From a virus, in the IMG/VR virus record IMGVR_UViG_3300045988_098456: a DNA stretch of 64,000 bases. One strand, given 5' to 3'. The position numbers and the translations under genes were made by a program. The notes under the pieces were generated by a model. The model did not search any database, had not been told where the DNA came from, and was given only the letters and a program-made list of their open reading frames with translations. Below, piece after piece: positions 18,401 to 25,347 of the stretch; positions within the stretch are counted from its first letter, which is position 1, and each line of letters begins with the position of its first letter.

Positions 18401-18739
18401 ATGAGTCAAGATACAGGAGAAGAGTTGAATGGTCGTTTCACTGCGGTACAAATTGCCACAGAGGGAACGTATGAGGAAACAAAGCTCATAAATACCAAGT
18501 TGGATGCTATTGCGGCTCGTGATGGTGGTACAGAGGGCAGCTTATTGACGGCTAGCGTGAATACCATTATGGGAAATGTAGGAAATATTTGGTTAGCTGT
18601 TGATGAGGGTAGAACTATCCTTGCACAAAGCTTAATGTACTTGCAGTCGATTGATGAGCGACAAGAGCGATGGCATAAGCCTATGTTGCAAGCATTCAAT
18701 GATATACACGAATTGAAAGATAAGATGAGTAGATTGTAA
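12464..18739 (+). CDS. tail tape measure protein (2091 aa)
   Basis: TP901-type core (FNTMLGSADKSKQLMDELIQTAAHTPFDMSSITGGAKQLLAYG...LGDIASGL), long coiled coils, three hydrophobic/Gly-rich segments. Confidence 0.9.
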   Translation: MAQLEFNIKANFEEVTKLRSECEKLRAELLKTNKSTDPAIVADLTEKYADASNRLKDLTQAASRAAYVMSSEFNKKMQAAAREVYSYELQMQATKDRIEKIQQQITNKRLTLGITTDKSSIDSLQKNIDYLKGSLAGQTAQLKNLEGGAVGARQTLENMRNEYVLYAGSANPAKEATNMLTDSMSQMIERMKSAPTAGEGMTSLFQRVTGDAHMLSATLLGGLGFEQLTRSVFNTRSQFQQLEISFNTMLGSADKSKQLMDELIQTAAHTPFDMSSITGGAKQLLAYGTEAKDVNKTLVQLGDIASGLNIPLGDLVYLYGTTVSQGRMFTMDLRQFMGRGVPLAEELGKILHQNTTEVQESVSKGKVTSDIFKEAIANMTQAGGRFGGLMEQQSKTLEGQWSNIGDSIQQAFNEIGKKSDGVFSSGLSIISAMVENWQEVIKVIGVATIAVGSYRASLMAAASIRKAEEAQQADDMMKGIDAEIKRLQDLENSNYKSLGKDKKQERVSKQQDLASIVGDTAVSDDFVKARLDAAEQEGVISAQMRSQLETKRELLQTQQQATAQSQIELDEEKRKTEELRQQKIESLKDDLKTTTEKISNLDDRDVELARQYTAALNDLQDAQDAFAEAQKLVEETADGANLAFDSEGNAVNALEAKERLATAAKKVNIAQTNVSTIASQQRGAALIREQLQERQATLQTQLNSVSQATNTTTKKASTLATVASTVKNAIHTASVKIMTTAELMLSNAVKSTTMALKGMWAAMLANPITGIITLVTTLASAVAMFGGEEEDISVDTKHFGDSAENTRAKVDGLLNVMRSSKEGTDAYNKAKEELIQTYEQFGIKCDAEKDNLTTLKGKHDEFVATLQLENAEREKANALMSATSQYTEARNKEDDNFSKDLSGHWYQGGQHVDKEDITSIQMMYNSIATDEVLDRLAKLKQRVDDSTLSYKEHIDAFNIYTNAVKKTFAPIDSFLEKQHYNIATIENTDHSILEHTSNLAKLKTSYKNAEDAIMKAAAENVDWNNTQARSQWVAQQNKQSIDALTSSTDQLISIWNQEYGLNLKIHYDDTEIPSWMKSLTDKQLQSLINRRKADLNRQEQYRTNHKGSKLLTKQGNQLRDENANRLDVAMAGSILKDREAKRKADANKPKETTKKTTPKKTGATDDPQARAYERKKAEEDYSKSISSYSEKAIQDMTKNRINAMNEGYSKELAKITENADKERKAVEEGIDKLVEARKKRDQAVWVNSGKGRKANMWKQSKTDEEYKNEVLNETMKDSNGNPVKVNGMEMTIGMSVANQMNAIRDKAVKQNEDVLAKEAQSMYDYLKTYGTFQEQKLAIAADYAKRISEVENSTDSDSNKQWKIKSLKEEQKKETDSVETNAIMQKIDWYQVFGNVGGIMKDALVPLLADLDKFVGTDKFQNLGADQQKSIVDAMQNIRNSIGNTSDLGWKDLARDVVAYQEALKNAKIAQEEYTETETELIPRIKDLQNQIANAKKSGNVAEQARLQNDLNKVQGQLAESGKKIVTANTKVRSSGQKLAQTTQNVTQPISAIHEFLSTSGLSDLASLWDSFDQLKGGIDGLKALDEAKKAADGLKDMGKEAADAAADAGKKAGDALSEGLSKAGLIGQIVSAILTILDVLKDGIGTLISSLIDTVLNAVNGILKNILSGEFITQIGGSLVSGIGNILNTISFGGFNSLFGVGGNAKEVNRTIDKLTARNEILTDAIDRLRDSIDKTSGIKAVEDSEKAEKLQKEKEQNLKDIMVAQMGYHGSHKSFNHYFRGFSQEQINKVSEAIGRQWNGNLSDIRSADEANALLQNPDIVNKIQNTGKGNYGGRVLEKLKDYAAEAGTLEDIADDLAESLTQISFDSLKSEFIDTLMDMNSSAQDFSDNFSKMLMQAVLKAKVDDLLGNDMQAFYDEWTERAKANGGKLSQTDINELKGRYDEMVQEGLKIRDEVAEITGYKQSYEQSASSGSFESMSQDTGEELNGRFTAVQIATEGTYEETKLINTKLDAIAARDGGTEGSLLTASVNTIMGNVGNIWLAVDEGRTILAQSLMYLQSIDERQERWHKPMLQAFNDIHELKDKMSRL

Positions 18740-18767
18740 ACTTAATTTGTGCCATGTTAAAGTAAGA

Positions 18768-18798
18768 GGGGAATGCGTGATGCACTCTCCTTTTTTTT
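18768..18798 (+). terminator. rho-independent terminator
   Basis: GGGGAATGC-N5-GCACTCTCC (one mismatch) followed by T8. Confidence 0.7.
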
Positions 18799-18857
18799 AT
18801 GGAGAAAGTTTTTGTTTTTCACAATATAGATAAGTGTTGTTAAACTGAATTCTAATT

Positions 18858-18889
18858 TTTGGTAGAGTGGAATATAATAGTTATCTTTG
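18858..18889 (+). promoter_or_regulatory. promoter TTTG-N20-TATCTTTG
   Basis: Exact consensus; lies over the TTG start of the track ORF, so the CDS start is moved. Confidence 0.7.
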
Positions 18890-18916
18890 GGGTCGAATTT
18901 CAAAACTTATAAGGAT

Positions 18917-19813
18917 ATGAAGATATTAGAACCGAGATATGAAATCCTATCCCAAGGCAAGGGCATGGATGGAGTTTATAAACAGATAGAGTTGTGCGGT
19001 CGCACATGTTATGCGTCAAGTATGAAGATAGATAAAGACAGCGCAAAGCCTTTCGTTGAGCGTATGGTAAGCAGCAATCATCTTGCCATGTGTGAACATG
19101 GAACAATTTATCTCCATGTTGCTTACGATAATGACTTCTTTGTTCCGGAGTCTCTACTGGTCAAGCACTATCGTGAGAACAAATATTCAAAGGTGATGCA
19201 GATTGGCAGCGACTACTATATCACAACTAACTACAGAGTGATAGTTGAAAATAACTGGTTTGAGGATTTGGACTATATTTGCGAGCCTACGGAATGGCAT
19301 GAGAAGCGAATAACAGTCCGATTTACTACACAGATTGCAGTAAGTAGAGAGGCTAACAGACATCGTGTAGATTCCGTAGCGGAACAAAGCACTAGATATT
19401 GCAACTATAGTAAGGATAAGTTCGGAGGCGAGATTGCTATCAACAAACCAAAGTGGGTTAGTGATGATGATACGGTTAATCCATTGTCTTTTGATGGTGG
19501 AACATTTGTTGACCTATCAAAGAACATCGGTAGTTATGAGCATTGGAGTCCGGTAGAGAAATGGTGGTTTGCCAATAGAGTATGTGAAATGATGTATTTG
19601 TCTTTGGTTAAGGATGATGGTTTGAAACCACAAGATGCGAGAACTATTCTTCCTCTTGATACCAATACGGAGCTGATTCATACCGCATTCGTGAGTGATT
19701 GGCTTCATTTCTTCGATTTGCGCTCAAAGGGAACTACCGGAAAGCCACATCCTGATATTGAGGTCTTGGCAACCCCATTGATGAAAGAGTTCAAGGAACG
19801 AGGTTTTATTTAA
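18917..19813 (+). CDS. thyX: flavin-dependent thymidylate synthase ThyX
   Basis: ThyX signature REANRHRVDSVAEQSTRY (RHRxxSxxxxSxR); start at the first ATG after the promoter. Confidence 0.9.
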   Translation: MKILEPRYEILSQGKGMDGVYKQIELCGRTCYASSMKIDKDSAKPFVERMVSSNHLAMCEHGTIYLHVAYDNDFFVPESLLVKHYRENKYSKVMQIGSDYYITTNYRVIVENNWFEDLDYICEPTEWHEKRITVRFTTQIAVSREANRHRVDSVAEQSTRYCNYSKDKFGGEIAINKPKWVSDDDTVNPLSFDGGTFVDLSKNIGSYEHWSPVEKWWFANRVCEMMYLSLVKDDGLKPQDARTILPLDTNTELIHTAFVSDWLHFFDLRSKGTTGKPHPDIEVLATPLMKEFKERGFI

Positions 19814-19819
19814 TCGCTT

Positions 19820-20290
19820 ATGAAGAAGAAAGCCAAGCAAATAGCCAAGGTGATGAGCAATGACTCTTTGGAGGTTGTTGCTCAGATGATTGTTGATGAG
19901 GCAAAAGGCGTGCGCTATGAGGTGTATGCCGATGGTTCTAGCAAGAAAGATAAGTGTGGTTGCGGTTGGCTTGTGCTTCATAAGGGAGCGATTATCAAAA
20001 GTGGGAAATATACATTTATCACAGCTAAAGTGAACGATTCGGTGAGAGCCGAAATAAGGGCGGTCATTCGTGCATTGGGTGATTGCCCTCTTTCATGTTC
20101 TGTTGATGTATATGTGGATTGCCAAGTAGCTATCGAAAGAATACAGGCATGCAAGTTAGGAGATTTGCAGCCTATATATAATAAGGTAGCGAAAGACAAG
20201 ACGATAAGATACCATTGGGTAAAGGCTCATAGAGGTAATATGTATAACGAAATGGTGGATTCTTTGGCTTTTTCTGCTACAGAAAGTTAA
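19820..20290 (+). CDS. ribonuclease H
   Basis: YADGSS...RAEIRAV...YVDCQ...HWVKAHRGNMYNEMVDSLA (DEDD RNase HI pattern). Confidence 0.85.
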   Translation: MKKKAKQIAKVMSNDSLEVVAQMIVDEAKGVRYEVYADGSSKKDKCGCGWLVLHKGAIIKSGKYTFITAKVNDSVRAEIRAVIRALGDCPLSCSVDVYVDCQVAIERIQACKLGDLQPIYNKVAKDKTIRYHWVKAHRGNMYNEMVDSLAFSATES

Positions 20291-20345
20291 TTTTGTGTCT
20301 AAGTGTATAATATGAGTTAAAAGACAAAAGAAATACATTAAAAAG

Positions 20346-20377
20346 TTTGCATATTTCAGATATTCTTTGTATCTTTG
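20346..20377 (+). promoter_or_regulatory. promoter TTTG-N20-TATCTTTG
   Basis: Exact consensus. Confidence 0.75.
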
Positions 20378-20413
20378 CAATGTAATTAAGAAACAAGGTT
20401 ATTAATTTGAAAA

Positions 20414-20437
20414 GGTGAGACACACCGTAAAAACTGT
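20414..20437 (+). promoter_or_regulatory. leader hairpin box, copy 1 (GGTGAGACACACCGTAAAAACTGT)
   Basis: 4-bp stem, 5-nt loop; ends 8 nt before the ATG. Confidence 0.75.
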
Positions 20438-20445
20438 GATTCGTT

Positions 20446-20667
20446 ATGAATACTAGATTGAGTAAGAAAGAGACAATGGTTTATGGCAACATCGGAGTGA
20501 TGGCAGACGTAATCGGAGGTAATAAGTACTTCACTTTTGCAGATTTGTATGATTTCGATTTGGATAATACCAAGGATGAGTTGAAAGAAATATTAAACTC
20601 TTTGACCGAGAAAGGTTATTTAAAGAGTTTTAATGATTTCGATAAAACTTATCGAGTTTTAAAGTAA
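20446..20667 (+). CDS. hypothetical protein (73 aa)
   Basis: Track ORF. Confidence 0.6.
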   Translation: MNTRLSKKETMVYGNIGVMADVIGGNKYFTFADLYDFDLDNTKDELKEILNSLTEKGYLKSFNDFDKTYRVLK

Positions 20668-20713
20668 GAATAACAAAGGAGATATAAAATCCAATTACAA
20701 TATAAATTTAGAG

Positions 20714-20735
20714 CGTGAGACACACGTAAAACTGT
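20714..20735 (+). promoter_or_regulatory. leader hairpin box, copy 2 (CGTGAGACACACGTAAAACTGT)
   Basis: Compensatory C-G closing pair; ends 9 nt before the ATG at 20745. Confidence 0.7.
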
Positions 20736-20744
20736 ATTGAAACA

Positions 20745-20828
20745 ATGAAAAAGGTATTTACAATTGAGAATGCATTAGCATTTTTGTTTGCTCTTGAAAT
20801 AGTATCATTAATATTTTTTCTAGGATAG
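20745..20828 (+). CDS. possible 27-aa hydrophobic peptide
   Basis: MKKVFTIENALAFLFALEIVSLIFFLG; same box-to-ATG spacing as longer genes. Confidence 0.3.
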   Translation: MKKVFTIENALAFLFALEIVSLIFFLG

Positions 20829-20833
20829 GGCTT

Positions 20834-21052
20834 ATGCAGATTAAGTTTGGTAAGATAAAGTTTACTGCGGCTAAGTCCGAAAAAGGATGCCGCTTTGATG
20901 CTTGCTACAAAGGTGAGCATGTGGCTTTTGAGAGTGAAGATATGTCTTTGTATGATGATGTCTTTTCTGATAATAACAGAAGAGCAAAGGCTGCAAAGAG
21001 GGTGATTTACGAGAACATAAAGCATAAGTATTATGAGAACCATAGAGATTAG
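20834..21052 (+). CDS. hypothetical protein (72 aa)
   Basis: Track ORF. Confidence 0.5.
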   Translation: MQIKFGKIKFTAAKSEKGCRFDACYKGEHVAFESEDMSLYDDVFSDNNRRAKAAKRVIYENIKHKYYENHRD

Positions 21053-21467
21053 CGATTTCAACGCTGCCGATGAATTTGTCGTTGAGGCAATGATGCAAGA
21101 TGGCAAATTCAAGGTTATCGGCAAGGTTATTATTGACAATAACCTTCTGAATGATGATGATTTGGAAACCATCTGGGATTATGCCAACTGGGAGACGAAC
21201 GGCTATGAAAAGATGGTTGTCTCTAATGGAGTGTATAAAGGCTTAAAAGCATTTAGTGATGGTCGAATGTTCTATGTAATTACGGATGATGAGGTCGGAG
21301 TTGTAAACGACAATATCATGGTACGTAAGCATTACGATGTCAACAATGGCTATTATATAAAGTCATCAAGGTTACACAAGGAGCAATCCAAGGATTTGTG
21401 GTGCTTTGGTAGTTGCGAGACCATAACTAACGAATATAAGTCAAACCCTTTTATATGTGGTAAGTGA
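21033..21467 (+). CDS. hypothetical protein (144 aa)
   Basis: Track ORF. Confidence 0.6.
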   Translation: MRTIEISDFNAADEFVVEAMMQDGKFKVIGKVIIDNNLLNDDDLETIWDYANWETNGYEKMVVSNGVYKGLKAFSDGRMFYVITDDEVGVVNDNIMVRKHYDVNNGYYIKSSRLHKEQSKDLWCFGSCETITNEYKSNPFICGK

Positions 21468-21721
21468 TGGCAAAAAAGATTAATCATATTAAACCTTCCT
21501 TCATTGAAGGCGGTGAAGTTTGGCATGATATTGATAAGTTCCCGATGCTAGACCATACAATTCTAGTAGAGTTGCAAGTAAAAGGCTCAGACGGATTGAT
21601 TTACCGGACGCAAGATGTATGTATTGAGCGTGCGGATAGGTTCGTACCTACGATGTCTTTTGTTCCTAAGCGTTGGGCGTATGCAATAGACTTAGCTCAA
21701 TGCAAGCAACTTGAAGAATGA
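21464..21721 (+). CDS. hypothetical protein (85 aa)
   Basis: Track ORF; ATGA overlap. Confidence 0.6.
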   Translation: MMAKKINHIKPSFIEGGEVWHDIDKFPMLDHTILVELQVKGSDGLIYRTQDVCIERADRFVPTMSFVPKRWAYAIDLAQCKQLEE

Positions 21722-22101
21722 AAACAAAATACAAAACTAAGAATAAGCATATGGAAGAATCAAGAGGTGTTTACACATCACCTGTCTTGTATAATGAACA
21801 AAGTGGTAGAAACGAAGGTGTATGTGTAAGAAAAGAACTTGGAGCAGTTGTTGCAATCGACAATGAAGATGAGTTTAAAGATGTTTTTTCAAGGGATGGT
21901 GAGGTTGATGTATTCAAGCAGTTACTATCACAAGAAGTGTATCGTTTCTATACAGAACACAACGCATTCCCTACTGATCCTTTGATTTCTTACAAGATGG
22001 ATGGCGACATTATCTTTGTTTTCGTTGAAGTAACAATCGGAAAGATGTATGGCGGTTATGTGTATATTGTACATTACAACTTTGCAAGCACGGCATCATA
22101 A
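21718..22101 (+). CDS. hypothetical protein (127 aa)
   Basis: Track ORF. Confidence 0.6.
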   Translation: MKTKYKTKNKHMEESRGVYTSPVLYNEQSGRNEGVCVRKELGAVVAIDNEDEFKDVFSRDGEVDVFKQLLSQEVYRFYTEHNAFPTDPLISYKMDGDIIFVFVEVTIGKMYGGYVYIVHYNFASTAS

Positions 22102-22116
22102 TAAACAAGTTTGATT

Positions 22117-22251
22117 ATGACAGTAGTAAGAGAAAGATTAAAAATTGCGGCTCAGATTGAGGTGCTGGAAGATATTGCTATTGATTATAGGGGAAAGACT
22201 ATAGATAACATCATCCAACAGCTAGAAGCAAGATTGAGTGTGCTGAAATAA
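22117..22251 (+). CDS. hypothetical protein (44 aa)
   Basis: Hand-translated ORF in the gap. Confidence 0.4.
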   Translation: MTVVRERLKIAAQIEVLEDIAIDYRGKTIDNIIQQLEARLSVLK

Positions 22252-22277
22252 GTTCAAATTCCGGTAGTTGGAAGATT

Positions 22278-22634
22278 ATGAGTGGTGGACGTTTTGATTA
22301 TGCTCAGTATAGGATTGCTGACATATATACAAAGATAGAAGATTATGTTGATGGTCATCCATTGGATGAGGAAGATGAAAGATGTTTTCTCGAAGACAGA
22401 TGGTTGGAGGAGGATGAAGACAAGTATGTTAGAAAGCATCATCATACGATGCCTAACAGATATGGCTTATCTAAAGAGACTATCAAGGAATTCAAAAAGG
22501 GTATTGAGCTTCTGAAGAAAGCTCAGGTTTATGCCCAAAGAATTGATTGGCTTCTTTCCGGTGATGATGGAGAAGATAATTTCCATCTACGTTTGAAAGA
22601 GGATTTGGAAAATTTAAAAAGCAAAAAAGGATAG
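22278..22634 (+). CDS. hypothetical protein (118 aa, acidic)
   Basis: Track ORF; MSGGRFDYAQYRI N-terminus is common in phage proteins of unknown function. Confidence 0.65.
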   Translation: MSGGRFDYAQYRIADIYTKIEDYVDGHPLDEEDERCFLEDRWLEEDEDKYVRKHHHTMPNRYGLSKETIKEFKKGIELLKKAQVYAQRIDWLLSGDDGEDNFHLRLKEDLENLKSKKG

Positions 22635-22637
22635 ATT

Positions 22638-23135
22638 ATGAGTTGGAATTATCGCTTAGATACACCTATGATGCAATTAGCAGAAGAGGTGAACAAGAAA
22701 TATGATACCGATGCAGGTAAGATGCTTCTTTGCACTTATCTCTTCATGGTATCAAGTGAAGAGGTCAAGGACAAACAAGCTTTCTTTGATTGGGTAGAAG
22801 AATTGAGTAAGTCCTGTAAGTGCGATGCGGTAAGGGAGTACGTGAAAACCAACGGCAAAACCGACTGGCTGCATGGTGGATTCAGTAAGCCGATTTACCG
22901 ACACTATAAGGGTAATTTTTATGAGTACCTTGGTGAGGTTAGTGATAGCGAGACTTCAGAAGTAAAGGTAGCGTACCAAGCGTTGTACGGACAACATGAG
23001 GTTTGGGTGAGACCAAAGGAAATGTTCTTTGGAAATGTTGAGATTGATGGTAAGCCAGTTCCTCGATTTGAGAAGGTAGATTTAAAAGACTTAGAGAAAC
23101 AAACCGAGAAGAGCAATGGACAGAGAAAAGATTAA
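22638..23135 (+). CDS. protein with C-terminal DUF1653-like domain
   Basis: YRHYKGNFYEYLGEVSDSETSEVKVAYQALYG...VWVRPKEMF. Confidence 0.6.
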   Translation: MSWNYRLDTPMMQLAEEVNKKYDTDAGKMLLCTYLFMVSSEEVKDKQAFFDWVEELSKSCKCDAVREYVKTNGKTDWLHGGFSKPIYRHYKGNFYEYLGEVSDSETSEVKVAYQALYGQHEVWVRPKEMFFGNVEIDGKPVPRFEKVDLKDLEKQTEKSNGQRKD

Positions 23136-23265
23136 GAGCTTGTTAGGTCAAGCAATCTTGCGAGTGAATGAAGTCGTACCGAATTTCGAAGACTTGGACA
23201 AGGTTCTTCCTTTGCTTAGACAGGCAATTGATGAATTAGATAAGTCTGATTCGGGTTCAGTTTAA
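23116..23265 (+). CDS. hypothetical protein (49 aa)
   Basis: Hand-translated. Confidence 0.4.
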   Translation: MDREKIKSLLGQAILRVNEVVPNFEDLDKVLPLLRQAIDELDKSDSGSV

Positions 23266-23277
23266 AAAGTGTGGAAA

Positions 23278-23811
23278 ATGGAAAATAAGCAGACGATAAA
23301 ACCAAAGGTAGTTCCCTTTGAGATAGCCAAACTTCTGAAGGAGGTTGGTTACGATGAGAAGATAGCAGAATTTTGGGCTTATGCTAGTCCTTGGACAGCA
23401 AAGGGTGGTATTCGTAAGGGTGGAAAATATAATGAGCATTACGGCAGTTATATTGCTTACTCCAATTCCGAGTGGGAGAAATCCAATATTGAGTTTTCTG
23501 CTGCCTTAAAGTTGAATAGTAAGCATCCGGCAATATCCGCTCCAAGCTATGATATGGTGCTTGATTGGCTTTTAGAGCATTTCGGTTATTATATTTGTGT
23601 TGCAAATGTCTCGAAAGGTAAGTTCTGCTGGCAAACTACATCATGGTGTGTAGAGGAGGGGTTGTGCCATACGGATGGTAAGGAATATTCCAGTAGATAC
23701 GAGGCAATGGATGCGGCATTCAAGAGTATCTTAAAGGCTCGTATTGAGAATAAAGATAACGAGGTGATCAAAAGACTTTCTGAAGAAATACAAGATGGAA
23801 AGAATTTATGA
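23278..23811 (+). CDS. hypothetical protein (177 aa)
   Basis: Track ORF 23269.. starts at GTG; first ATG is at 23278. Confidence 0.65.
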   Translation: MENKQTIKPKVVPFEIAKLLKEVGYDEKIAEFWAYASPWTAKGGIRKGGKYNEHYGSYIAYSNSEWEKSNIEFSAALKLNSKHPAISAPSYDMVLDWLLEHFGYYICVANVSKGKFCWQTTSWCVEEGLCHTDGKEYSSRYEAMDAAFKSILKARIENKDNEVIKRLSEEIQDGKNL

Positions 23812-24130
23812 TACTTTTGTACACACAATAATTATGAAGTTAGAAGCTCGTTTATGTACTGAACTCGAATGTATTTATAAGAATATAACAAACAAGATTG
23901 TTGAGAAGAAACGTAAACTTACCAACGAAGACTTAATTGAGTTTCAGAAAAAACTACAAGAAGTGTACGACACGAATGCTGCTATTCGTGAAAAAGTTAC
24001 TGGCATTAAAGATTCCAAGAATTGTATCTTAACTAAAGAAGCATGTGAAGAGTTAATAAAGCGACTTAGCGTGATTAATATAAAAGAAGATGAACAAGCA
24101 AAGAATGATAGAGTGGATAGCCACTTGTGA
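23795..24130 (+). CDS. hypothetical protein (111 aa; alternative start 23834)
   Basis: Track ORF. Confidence 0.5.
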   Translation: MERIYDTFVHTIIMKLEARLCTELECIYKNITNKIVEKKRKLTNEDLIEFQKKLQEVYDTNAAIREKVTGIKDSKNCILTKEACEELIKRLSVINIKEDEQAKNDRVDSHL

Positions 24131-24467
24131 TACAGGTATCTCTTCAATGACTATGTGGAGTGCATTAATGGGGGTAAAACGAAAGAAAGATTTGAATATT
24201 CCCAAAGACAATAGTGACTTCCGTAGATGCTATGACATGGTAGAATACGGACACGTAACCTTGGATGAGCTACAGGTTATAAAGAAGCAATATCCTTGGT
24301 TTGCTCCTGTTGTTGACAATTGGAAGGAATTGTCTCTTTTGTTTGAAGAAGAGCTGGACAAACGCTTGTATATGCGAATCCGTCAGCTTTGCAAAGAATC
24401 AGACGCTATCCGGTATGAGGTAAGGGGAGGACTTTATTATGAAAGGGTGTTTTGGTATAATGTTTAA
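24090..24467 (+). CDS. hypothetical protein (125 aa)
   Basis: Track ORF. Confidence 0.55.
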   Translation: MNKQRMIEWIATCDTGISSMTMWSALMGVKRKKDLNIPKDNSDFRRCYDMVEYGHVTLDELQVIKKQYPWFAPVVDNWKELSLLFEEELDKRLYMRIRQLCKESDAIRYEVRGGLYYERVFWYNV

Positions 24468-24486
24468 TTAATAAAAGATAGAAAGA

Positions 24487-24843
24487 ATGAATAAAGACAA
24501 ATTAAAGGTCAGCTTTGAGATTGACCGCTACAAGGTAATTGGTATGCTTTCACGTAATTGTGAGAATGCTGAAGAGTACAACGAGATTATGGATATTCTT
24601 GAAGGCAAGAATGAGTTTGTGCGTGATGCGAATGGTAACGAGGAACTTGCAAGCCGCATTTGCAATTATGCTTTGGACTCTATCTTGGTAGAGAATCCAG
24701 ATTTGGCTCTCCGTAAGCGTTTGGATAAGGAACAGAAAGGCGAGGATGCTCCTGATGGAATTTCAAATGTTATCGAAATCAAAGGTGATGACGCAAAGAA
24801 ACTTGTAGAAACCCTTTGTGGTATTCTCCGCAAGGATAAATGA
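24487..24843 (+). CDS. hypothetical acidic protein (118 aa)
   Basis: Track ORF. Confidence 0.6.
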   Translation: MNKDKLKVSFEIDRYKVIGMLSRNCENAEEYNEIMDILEGKNEFVRDANGNEELASRICNYALDSILVENPDLALRKRLDKEQKGEDAPDGISNVIEIKGDDAKKLVETLCGILRKDK

Positions 24844-24883
24844 TGTAAAATACATCAAAAGAATATAAATAAACACTAAAACG

Positions 24884-24915
24884 CTTGCAAGAATAAGAAA
24901 AAATGCTTATCTTTG
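24884..24915 (+). promoter_or_regulatory. promoter CTTG-N20-TATCTTTG of the tRNA cassette
   Basis: 20-nt spacer; about 140-nt leader before the first tRNA. Confidence 0.7.
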
Positions 24916-25060
24916 CATCGTGTTTGAAACAGATGGCCTTCTGAGAGGTCGCTTCTACCATAATAAGTCAAGACTTAGGAGTTTACGGCAGGGGTTCCAT
25001 GTTACCCAGCCCAGCTAGACTATAACAAGGAAACTCTAATTAGGGTGAGAATCCCTAGAT

Positions 25061-25133
25061 GCTGCATTAGACAAGTGGTTAAGTCGCCAGCTTTTCACGC
25101 TGGTATTCAAAGGTTCGAATCCTTTATGCAGTA
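25061..25133 (+). tRNA. tRNA-Glu (anticodon TTC)
   Basis: Hand-folded cloverleaf: acceptor GCTGCAT/ATGCAGT (G-T at 1-72), anticodon arm CCAGC-TTTTCAC-GCTGG, T arm AAAGG-TTCGAAT-CCTTT. Confidence 0.8.
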
Positions 25134-25139
25134 CTAAAT

Positions 25140-25210
25140 TGCCCTATGGTGTAATGGTAACACTACAGGTTTTGGTTCTGTCATTAGTGGTTCGAATCCA
25201 CTTGGGGCAA
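25140..25210 (+). tRNA. tRNA-Gln (anticodon TTG)
   Basis: Acceptor TGCCCTA/TGGGGCA, D arm GTGT-AATGGTA-ACAC, anticodon arm ACAGG-TTTTGGT-TCTGT, T arm AGTGG-TTCGAAT-CCACT. Confidence 0.8.
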
Positions 25211-25240
25211 CAAGATGGAATTGGTATATGTTCCACACAA

Positions 25241-25325
25241 GGTGCGATATTCAAGCGGTTAAAGAAGATAGACTGTAAATCTATTCCCATTGTGGGTTCG
25301 GTGAGTTCGAATCTCCCTTGCACCA
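25241..25325 (+). tRNA. tRNA-Tyr (anticodon GTA), long variable arm
   Basis: Acceptor GGTGCGA/TTGCACC, anticodon arm ATAGA-CTGTAAA-TCTAT, 15-nt variable arm; one T-C mismatch in the T stem. Confidence 0.75.
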
Positions 25326-25347
25326 CGAGTAACTTTTGTCGATTACG

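Noticed and set aside
12804-18699. About 15 antisense or alternate-frame ORFs (60-134 aa) inside the tape measure gene
   Set aside because: They are shadow ORFs of a long, compositionally biased coding region, with no independent signals.
21033-21052. +1 overlaps of adjacent genes as possible targets of the 8-nt-loop tRNA (also checked 4317-4333, 9385-9404, 24090-24130 and 36171-36199)
   Set aside because: None of the five overlaps contains an in-frame ACC codon in the upstream frame. There is no support within this window for ACCN quadruplet decoding at these sites.
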